Shown one piece after another: positions 1-7,621 of a stretch of 64,000 nucleotides of DNA. Position 1 is the first letter of the stretch. Each line of letters opens with the position of its first letter. Under the pieces are notes generated by a model that had not been told where the DNA came from, searched no databases, and saw nothing but the letters and a program-made list of their open reading frames with translations. Source of the stretch: Bacillota bacterium (GTDB lineage: Bacteria > Bacillota > DTU025); assembly GCA_050951805.1 (NCBI GenBank), contig JBMNJT010000008.1, positions 160,001 through 224,000 on the forward strand. Direction: 5' to 3'. A program made the translations under genes and the position numbers.

Positions 1-529
1 GTTGTGTGTAATGGGCTACGAACTCCTCGCTCCAGCCTCCGCCGGTGTCGCGGCATGAGCCGATTGAGAAGCCGGGGGAGACCGTTCCTTCGGTGAAGTT
101 ATAGCACAGGGAATAATCCCCGCGTGCGCAGGCGGGGCAGACAGGGTCTATCCCCCGCTGTGCGCAGGAGAGTAATGGATCCACAAGAACGCGGGAGCCC
201 AAGGGCGTCTTGTCGGCCAGCCTCTCTGCGGCGATATCCCCCATCTCCACTACGTATCCGCAATTCTCGTGGCCTATTGTGAACGGGAACGATGCAAATG
301 GCGAAGTGGCCGGCGAGTCGTGGAGCTGAATGAGGTTCTTGTCGCTCCCGCAGAACCCGGCGTACTTAGTCTTCACCCTCACCCATTCCTGATTGGGCAG
401 GGAAGGGGGAGAGACGTTTCTAAACACGATGTTCGAGAGCCCATCGTAGTAAGCCCTTTTCGACAGGGGCCCGAATATTGTGGAGTAGGCATACCTAGGA
501 ACCGAGCCTTCAAACTGAATTGCTTTCAT
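1..529 (-). CDS. Zinc-dependent medium-chain dehydrogenase/reductase (MDR family), 3'-truncated by window edge; absent from the ORF track
   Basis: Manual translation from ATG 529 (ATGA overlap with upstream stop): MKAIQFEGSV...GFCGSD...FTIGHENCG...SCAQRGIDPVCPACARGDYSLC...GGGWSEE. Catalytic Zn motifs CGSD/GHE and a structural Cys cluster. Confidence 0.85.
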   Translation of the reverse strand, partial: MKAIQFEGSVPRYAYSTIFGPLSKRAYYDGLSNIVFRNVSPPSLPNQEWVRVKTKYAGFCGSDKNLIQLHDSPATSPFASFPFTIGHENCGYVVEMGDIAAERLADKTPLGSRVLVDPLLSCAQRGIDPVCPACARGDYSLCYNFTEGTVSPGFSIGSCRDTGGGWSEEFVAHYTQ

Positions 530-1722
530 TTTATGAGCCCCATATCTTTCCCGTGCTTTTCGAGAAGGCCGAGGGCGAAGTCTATGTCTTCATCGGTATG
601 GGCGGCGGTGACGTTTGCCCTCAGCCGGCAGGTGTTCACGGGCACCGCCGGATGGAGTATGGGAGATACGAACATGCCGTCCCTGTGAAGTCTCGCCGTA
701 AGCTCTAAGGTCGGTTCTTCCTGTCCGATTATTATAGGTATGACGCAAGACTTGGTGTTAAGGGTGTCATATCCCAAAGCATTGAGGCCGCCGACGAATC
801 GGTCGATGTTTCGGCGGACTGCGGCCAGAAGCTGTGGCTCCTCGTCAATCACTTCCAGCGCCGCTGTGATTGCTGCGGCTGACGCCGGCGGTATTGCTGC
901 GCTGAAGACGAACCCACGGGCGTTGTGGCGGAGGAACTCAATGAGGTCGTGCTTGCCTGCAACGAAGCCGCCTGCGGCCGGCAGGGTCTTCGAGAGAGCT
1001 CCGCTCAACATCTCCACGTCGTGGGGGTCCATGTGGAAATACTCGAGGATGCCGTGGCCGGTTTCGCCTAGAACGCCCAATGAATGGGCCTCATCGACCA
1101 TGAGCCATGCGCCGTACTGCCGACAGATCTCGACGAGCTCGGGAAGTGGGCAGACGTCTCCATCCATGCTGTAGACTGCATCCACTATCACGAGTTTGCC
1201 GTCGTACTTGTCCTTTCCGGCCTCAAGAAGTCGCTTCAGGTCATCCATGTCGTTGTGCTTGAAACGTTGGAATGTGGCGTTGCACAGTAGACAGCCATCG
1301 ATGATGCTAGCGTGGCTCAGCTTGTCTGTAATGACCACGTCGTTTCTTCCCAGCAGAGTCTGTATCGTGCTGAGGTTTGCGACATATCCAGAGCTGTAGG
1401 CTATTGCATCCTCTTGACCTAAAAACTCGGCCAGTTTTGCTTCGCACTTCACGTGTTCGGTGGTGGTTCCGGCTAGAATTCTGACGCCATGTGTTCCTGT
1501 CCCGAAATGGTCCATGGCTTCCATTGCCCGCTCTTGCACCTTGGGGTGTTTCAGAAGGCCCAGGTAGCTGTAGGATGAGAACATCACCATTCGCCTTCCG
1601 CCTATGTGCACGTGCGCGCCGTCCAATTCGTCTACTTGTTGAAGATAGTAATACCTATCACTCATTTTCAGATTGTTGTAGGTTTCGATGAAGGTGTCTA
1701 TGCGGTCTTGAAATACGCTCAC
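526..1722 (-). CDS. PLP-dependent alpha-oxoamine synthase (BioF/Kbl/serine palmitoyltransferase family)
   Basis: SYSYLGL, HASIIDG, YSMDGD, DEAHSLG and PLP lysine in GALSKT. GTG start at 1722 behind a GGAGGG RBS. Confidence 0.9.
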   Translation of the reverse strand: MSVFQDRIDTFIETYNNLKMSDRYYYLQQVDELDGAHVHIGGRRMVMFSSYSYLGLLKHPKVQERAMEAMDHFGTGTHGVRILAGTTTEHVKCEAKLAEFLGQEDAIAYSSGYVANLSTIQTLLGRNDVVITDKLSHASIIDGCLLCNATFQRFKHNDMDDLKRLLEAGKDKYDGKLVIVDAVYSMDGDVCPLPELVEICRQYGAWLMVDEAHSLGVLGETGHGILEYFHMDPHDVEMLSGALSKTLPAAGGFVAGKHDLIEFLRHNARGFVFSAAIPPASAAAITAALEVIDEEPQLLAAVRRNIDRFVGGLNALGYDTLNTKSCVIPIIIGQEEPTLELTARLHRDGMFVSPILHPAVPVNTCRLRANVTAAHTDEDIDFALGLLEKHGKDMGLIK

Positions 1723-1741
1723 GCTTAACCCTCCCTGCCTG

Positions 1742-1795
1742 TGTTCACAAAAATGTGCACACACACATATTACTACCCCGGATGTGTGGTGTCAA
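1742..1795 (-). promoter_or_regulatory. SigA-like promoter with downstream palindromic operator
   Basis: Minus strand TTGACA-N17-TAATAT (1795-1767). Palindrome TGTTCACA-N4-TGTGCACA at 1742-1761 lies between promoter and RBS. Confidence 0.55.
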
Positions 1796-1874
1796 CGCAG
1801 GATGGACTCGGGTTGGCTGAGATTGTTACAGTTAAAATGGGTGCATTGACGCTGACTGTGTGAGGTTGGCAGGA

Positions 1875-2570
1875 CTACATGAGGTTCCCCGGGGCGAGGG
1901 GGCGCGCTATCATGGCTATTGCAATCAGTGTGGCCACTATGAATAACCAGCAGAACAGGGTTCGCGTTTCAGTTCTTGGATCGTTGGGAAGCCCGAACGC
2001 GCAGGCGGCTACGAATCCTCCGAATAATCCTCCGATATGGGCGTAGTTGTCGATGAGGGGGTTTGTGAAGCCTATGATCAGGTTGAGGAGGACTACAAGG
2101 ATGAACCTTGATCCTGCTATAACAGCAAAGTGTTTGGGGTACCTCACCCCAAAATAGAAGAGGCATCCGGCAAGCCCGAATATGGCGCCTGAGGCCCCTA
2201 CACCCAACACCATTGGGTCTGAAAGGTATGTGCTGATGATCGATCCCCATATGCCCGAGAGAAAGTAGATGATTGTGAATCGTCTCGTCCCCAAGAGTCG
2301 TTCTGTTACGTTCCCTAGGTTGTAGAGGGAATACGAGTTCGCGGCGAGGTGAAGCAATCCGGAATGAAGAAAGACGGAAGTCGCCAGTCGCCAGGCTTCG
2401 CCCGCGCGGATCGCCGGCGCGAATTTGGCGCCCCATTTCAGGAGCACGAACGGGTTTTGTGATCCTCCGGCTGCTTCGAGCACGCCAAACATTATCGCGT
2501 TTATCACGAGAAGCGTGTAGGTGGCTGGCGCGGTTCGCTGGACTGACAGCGGCCGTTCCGGGTAGCTCAT
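1875..2570 (-). CDS. Rhomboid family intramembrane serine protease
   Basis: WRL motif, HxxxxHxxxN, GASG catalytic Ser, AHIGG catalytic His, multiple TM segments. Confidence 0.95.
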   Translation of the reverse strand: MSYPERPLSVQRTAPATYTLLVINAIMFGVLEAAGGSQNPFVLLKWGAKFAPAIRAGEAWRLATSVFLHSGLLHLAANSYSLYNLGNVTERLLGTRRFTIIYFLSGIWGSIISTYLSDPMVLGVGASGAIFGLAGCLFYFGVRYPKHFAVIAGSRFILVVLLNLIIGFTNPLIDNYAHIGGLFGGFVAACAFGLPNDPRTETRTLFCWLFIVATLIAIAMIARPLAPGNLM

Positions 2571-2798
2571 TCGTATCCCTCCCAACGGACCCTAATGCAA
2601 ATAGTATACGATATGCGCCATGTGCATCAAGATACCGCATGCGAACGTTCGGCGCATTTCCGGCAATCTGTCCGTAATATGGTTGTCTCCGGCATCGGGA
2701 AGGAGCAACAAAACTGCCGTTAACCGGAGTGGGTGGCCCGCTCAAGCGATAAATAGGGCGAATTTATGCTGATATAGATAAAAAATCGTACTTCTTTC

Positions 2799-2824
2799 GA
2801 ACTTTTTTGCTCCAATTGCATCTA
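2799..2824 (+). promoter_or_regulatory. RpoE/ECF-type promoter
   Basis: GAACTT-N16-TCTA, matching the sigmaE/AlgU consensus, upstream of and co-oriented with the ECF sigma gene. Confidence 0.6.
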
Positions 2825-3479
2825 TAGTAGTAGAGCCGGGGCAATGCCCAGACGAATTCCATATAGCTGAGCCACCCAGAATTGTATTTACGCTTTGAAA
2901 GAAGTAAGGTTACCACCAATAGACATACATGCATCAGGAGAAGGCAGCAAGATCAGTTTGCGTAACATACCTCCTAGGAAACGCAGCAGGTTTGGATACT
3001 GAAAAGGCGCGGGGATGCAATTATCTGGCGGGGGTAGGAGCATATCCTTGCAGGCAAGTTACGGGTGTAAGGGATGTAGTTGGTTCAGCATGGCACGTCT
3101 GGCAGTTAGCCTCGGCTATTCTTTTCCCGAGATCAAAAGGTGGATGTCGCCACGCTCGACTCCAGTATCGCATAATTGATACACCAAATAGTAGGGAGCC
3201 CGCAGGCTTGCAGGGTACTGCGGCCTTATGGCGAATCCAAAATGGTGTAGTGCTGGGCGATGCAATCCGCCAATTTGCATATTTGCATCCAGATGGCGGG
3301 GGTCAGGCTGGGGCTTGTGTTTCGGCAGGTAGTTGCGGGTATTGGCAACGCCCCTGTTGCTCAATTATGCCCCCTGGCGCCTGAGAAAGCCGGTGGCTTA
3401 CAGGGCTTCTGAAAACGTAGCCCAAGAGGAGTCCCGGCTAAAGTCGCTTTCGGCCTGTTCATCTCGGGAGGTGAACACT

Positions 3480-4086
3480 GTGGGCGATTCTGGGTGGGCC
3501 TCTTTGTCCGACGGAGAGCTGGCGCGTATGGCGGCAACGGGTTCGCAGGACGCCTACTCTGAACTCGTCAGAAGGCACTCGGAGAAGCTCTTGAACCTTG
3601 CTTGGAGGATGTTAGGCTCTCGGGAGGAAGCGTGGGACGCTGTTCAGGAGACTTTTCTGTCTGGCTGGCAAAGCATAGGAAGTTACAGGGGAGATGCCCA
3701 AGTCTATACATGGCTACGGAAGATACTCATGAACGTGGTTTTTGGCAAGTCCAGAAGTGGCGGTCGCATTCAGATGGTATCGCTGGATGAACCTGCAAAG
3801 CTCGAAGGCTTCGAGGTTGAGCTGGAAGTCGCTGACGACTAGCTTCGATCCTCAAGAGGTTGTTGGACGTATGGAAATGATCGACGAGATCCGCCTTGCT
3901 GTGGCTGAGCTGCCGATAATCTATAGGTCGGTTTTTGTTTTGAGAGAGGCTGAGCTGTTGTCTTATGCTGAGATAGCGAAGACTCTGGGAATTTCCGAAG
4001 GTACGGTGAAATCCAGGCTGAACATGGCCAGACGATTGTTGCGGGCAAAGCTAGCTGAGGAAGTGGCCGCTGCGAGAAATGTTTGA
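3480..4086 (+). pseudogene. ECF sigma factor (RpoE/SigW-like) split by a +1 frameshift near 3834-3842
   Basis: GGAGG RBS and GTG 3480. Region 2 (DAVQETF, YTWL) stops at TAG 3840-3842. Region 4 (SYAEIAKTLGISEGTVKSRLNMAR) continues in the next frame to 4086. Confidence 0.85.
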
Positions 4087-4627
4087 AGCTGATGAAGCGC
4101 TCTCTTGGCCAAGCATCCAAAGCCCTTAGGTGGGGGCTTCGAGCAGGCTCTGGCCGTGACCATAGGCACCCTGTGGGACTGGTCATGACATTGCCGGGTA
4201 GGAACAATGCCGTCAGTCGGGAGCCACAGGATGAGATCGCGGATGAAACATACGAGCGCTTGTCAAAGACGCGAGATGCGCGCTCTTGACGCCATGCAGC
4301 TCATTATTACTACAGGTGAAGCCAGACAGGACAGATCTTGTCTTTCGTATGCGCAGGGTCACAAACGATTGGCAGCTCTGTTAGAACCTGCGACCAAGTA
4401 CTGTTTGAAGCAGAAGTCGAGGTAAGGCGTAGAGATTTTGGTCGGCTCCAAATGTGCATGTAACGTGCTACATCACGAAGCAGATGAGGACAGACGACAG
4501 GCTGTTTTGACCTGTGCGTAAGCAGATCAGGTTGGAGCAAGCGGCGAGCACGTTGCTGCGCGAAAGGAGGGAGAACGCTACTTCCTTCCCACACCTGAAG
4601 GAGAGGGTCTCTGTAGCGTGACATCTG

Positions 4628-5155
4628 ATGAAGCAAGAAAAGCCGATACGTCTGTGTTCGGATGGAAACGAAAGATGTTGCAACAAGCACTTGGATTGTC
4701 TGACGTTGGGGATGCATATCGACGGCGAGTTGCAGGGGGTCAGGTTGGATGAGGTGGAAGCTCATCTTGAATCGTGCGCGTTGTGTCGGGAGAAAGCCCA
4801 GTCTTTGGCCGCGCTCGGAGAAGGGTTGAGGTGCGTGCCCAACCCTGCCTGGGATATAGAGGCCATGGTTGGTCTAGTGGAGGCAGAGATCCGGAGCATG
4901 GGCAGGAGGAGGGCAGCGCGAGTTTGGCGGAGGTCTTTGTTGCCTCTGGCTGCTGCTGCGGCGGCGTTGGTGATTCTTTTGACCTCTGTTTCGTCCAGCG
5001 CGTTCAGAAAACAGATGGTCAAACATGAAGAAGTCCTCATCAGATCCCACTACGCAGTCTCCTCGAGCCATGCGGGAGAGGCTCTTGTCTCAAGTCGTGC
5101 CTGGCCCATGCGGGGAAACATAGCCCGTCTCCAGATGCTCGAGGGGTGGCGGTAA
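4628..5155 (+). CDS. Zinc-binding anti-sigma factor (zf-HC2/ZAS) with one TM helix
   Basis: IDGEL...HLESCALC (HxxxCxxC), hydrophobic LLPLAAAAAALVILL, follows the ECF sigma. Start codon uncertain. Confidence 0.85.
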   Translation: MKQEKPIRLCSDGNERCCNKHLDCLTLGMHIDGELQGVRLDEVEAHLESCALCREKAQSLAALGEGLRCVPNPAWDIEAMVGLVEAEIRSMGRRRAARVWRRSLLPLAAAAAALVILLTSVSSSAFRKQMVKHEEVLIRSHYAVSSSHAGEALVSSRAWPMRGNIARLQMLEGWR

Positions 5156-5159
5156 TGGG

Positions 5160-6242
5160 ATGAGTGTGCGCGATAGCAGATTTGCCTGGAAAAGAGCGGC
5201 GATTATCATAAGTTTTTTGATGTCGGCAAGTATTCTGTGCCAAGGGGGAGTAGAGGCAATCAACGGGTCGCCATCATATGGCATGAGACCTGATCAACTT
5301 TACGTTCTCTGTCTGACGCCTAAGGCGCAGTTTACGTCCACAATGAGAGTATGGAATCCTTCCATCGGAAACTTGGAGGTTAGAGCCGCCGGCTATGGCG
5401 ACGTGGTTGTGTACTCTGTGAAGCTGCTAGATTGCGAATCATGCTTGGCTGTGAGCGGCAACATGGCGGCATGCTACAATCTTCCCATTGATAAATCAGC
5501 TATGGGCAGGGTGGGCTCTGTGTCTGGCGGAGGCGTCGTGCTTGTGCCCTTGGAAGAGAGCGCCACGGGACGGCTTTTGGCAATGCTTATGCCGGTGGGT
5601 GATAACCTGCCGCTGTTGATGCGCAATTACTCCATCATGGAATCTGCAGGCTACTTCTACCGCGGACGGGAGAGTGTGAAGCTCAAGCTCGTGCCGAAGG
5701 TAGCGGGGAATGTCGGGAGGACTGTGTGGATCGATAAAAAATCCGGAGTCCTGCTCAGCCTTGAGGATGTGAACTGGCGCGGAGAAGTGATACAGCGCGT
5801 TCAGACCCTGGAGATAGATCACGCGCCCGAGCTTGATGCGGAGGGGCTTAGATGCGCCAGGGCGGCGCTGGCTATGGCCGCGAACAATAGGGGCACGAAT
5901 AAGGATGCTACGGCAGAATACGCCTCGCAGGTTCTCGGCTTCAAGATTGCAATTCCCAGATGGACGCCGGCAGGCTACGAGCTTTTGGGCGTGAGGGTTC
6001 TTGAAGGTGTCACAGGTCGATATCCGCTTGCCCGGGGTGTTGGGGGCGTTGCCCATCTTGTGTACTACGACGGTCTTGGGCTGATATCGCTTTACGAAAG
6101 ATGCGTTCCGTGGTGGGCCGCTTCTACGTCGGAGCCTAGGGCAGGGAATGTGATCGAATGGGAACAGAACTGCATCAGGTATCTGCTTGTAGGCGACATA
6201 GATCCGGGACTCCTCCTCAGAATGGCCCGGAGCGTGCTATAA
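5160..6242 (+). CDS. Exported RseB/MucB-like (LolA-fold) sigma regulatory protein
   Basis: Signal peptide; LLMRNY...GRESVKLKLVPK...WIDKKSGVLL resembles the MucB_RseB N-domain; PRWTPAGY...LVYYDGLGLISLYE resembles the C-domain; third gene of a sigma/anti-sigma cluster. Confidence 0.7.
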   Translation: MSVRDSRFAWKRAAIIISFLMSASILCQGGVEAINGSPSYGMRPDQLYVLCLTPKAQFTSTMRVWNPSIGNLEVRAAGYGDVVVYSVKLLDCESCLAVSGNMAACYNLPIDKSAMGRVGSVSGGGVVLVPLEESATGRLLAMLMPVGDNLPLLMRNYSIMESAGYFYRGRESVKLKLVPKVAGNVGRTVWIDKKSGVLLSLEDVNWRGEVIQRVQTLEIDHAPELDAEGLRCARAALAMAANNRGTNKDATAEYASQVLGFKIAIPRWTPAGYELLGVRVLEGVTGRYPLARGVGGVAHLVYYDGLGLISLYERCVPWWAASTSEPRAGNVIEWEQNCIRYLLVGDIDPGLLLRMARSVL

Positions 6243-6352
6243 ACGGCCCCGGCGGCCGATCCAGACAATCGATGATTGCTGGAGGGTAAACCCCTCTGAG
6301 CAGAGAATACCCTTTGGGGTGTAAATTCCTGCTCGGAGGGGGTTGCTCTATT

Positions 6353-7618
6353 TTGGAAGGATTCTGCTTTGTCCACGCGGCAGATCTTCATCTCGATTCG
6401 CCATTTGCAGCGATGAAGGTGGATTCTCCCCGCTTGGCCCAGGCATTTATAGAGGCGTCAAGGGCCTCGCTTCAGGCTTTGATCGACGTATGTATCGGGC
6501 ATAACGCCGATTTTTTGGTTTTGTCGGGAGATGTGTTCGATGCCGAGCGACGGAGCATCAGGGCCCAGCTGGAGCTCTTCGAGGCCCTCTCAAGGCTTGC
6601 CGAGAGAGGGATAGACACATACATGGCATGCGGCAACCACGATGCCTTGTCGGGATGGCGGGCGATCCTGGATTGGCCGGAGGAGGTCCACTTCTTCGGA
6701 GGAGACGAGGTGGAGTCGTTTCCTGTGTCGTGTGGCGGCCGAGTGGCAGCGGTGGTTTCCGGGATCAGCTATGCGCAGCCCGCTGTAACCGACAACCTGG
6801 CCCTCAAGTTCAGGAAGAAGCTAGGAGATCCGTTCACAATTGGGGTTCTCCATGCGAATGTGGGAGGCGACCCGGGGCACGAAAACTATGCTCCGTGCAC
6901 CCTGGCGGACTTGATCTCTACAGGCATTGACTATTGGGCCCTGGGCCATGTGCATTCTCCAAAGGTACTGTCGGATAAGGATCCGATTGTGATTTACCCC
7001 GGCTGTACCCAGGGGAGGAATCCCCGGGAGACTGGGCCTGGCGGATGTTTCGTTGTGCATGTGGGCACTGGAGGACGGGTGGAATACGAATTTGTCCCTG
7101 TGGATGTGATACGTTGGCATGTTCTGGACATCTCTATAGACGGCTTGGCTTGTGTAGGCGATTTGATTGAGGAGGCAAAGGCCGCTATCGGCGGGCTTGC
7201 GCGGGCTTCCGACGGCAGGTCTTGTGCGGTTCGCATCCGTCTGCTCGGGCGCGGTCCGGTCCACCATCAACTTGTTGAAAACGGCGAGGCTATGGATCTT
7301 GTGTCGGCGGTCGTGGAGCCCGCGATGCCCGGAGAACGGTTTGATTGGATCGAATCGATCCAGGATTTCACCAAGCCTGAGGTGGACAGGAAAGCGCTTC
7401 TTTCGGGGGGAAGCTTGATTTCCGACTTTTTAGCTCTGGCAGATGAGGCTGGCTCGGATCTTTCCGGGCTTGAAGGGGTAAAAGAAGTTTTGGTGGGGGA
7501 TCTGGCTCACTCCAAGGCTGCACAGGTCATCAGAGAGATGGATGCTGAGGGGCTTAGGCGAATTGTGGAGAGGGCCGAGTCGATTGGGATCGACCTTCTT
7601 TTGGAGGAGGAGGGGTAG
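6353..7618 (+). CDS. Mre11/SbcD-like metallophosphoesterase (YhaO-like)
   Basis: DLHLD, GDVFD, GNHD and YWALGHVH motifs; TTG start after GGAGG. Confidence 0.93.
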   Translation: MEGFCFVHAADLHLDSPFAAMKVDSPRLAQAFIEASRASLQALIDVCIGHNADFLVLSGDVFDAERRSIRAQLELFEALSRLAERGIDTYMACGNHDALSGWRAILDWPEEVHFFGGDEVESFPVSCGGRVAAVVSGISYAQPAVTDNLALKFRKKLGDPFTIGVLHANVGGDPGHENYAPCTLADLISTGIDYWALGHVHSPKVLSDKDPIVIYPGCTQGRNPRETGPGGCFVVHVGTGGRVEYEFVPVDVIRWHVLDISIDGLACVGDLIEEAKAAIGGLARASDGRSCAVRIRLLGRGPVHHQLVENGEAMDLVSAVVEPAMPGERFDWIESIQDFTKPEVDRKALLSGGSLISDFLALADEAGSDLSGLEGVKEVLVGDLAHSKAAQVIREMDAEGLRRIVERAESIGIDLLLEEEG

Positions 7619-7621
7619 GGG

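Noticed and set aside
106-172. Two motifs resembling type I-E CRISPR repeats (ATCCCCGCGTGCGCAGG)
   Set aside because: Period is only about 35 nt, no cas genes, and the sequence encodes the Cys cluster of the minus-strand MDR dehydrogenase.
3840-3842. TAG read-through (pyrrolysine) in the sigma gene
   Set aside because: The downstream sigma4 domain is in a different frame, so read-through would not restore it.
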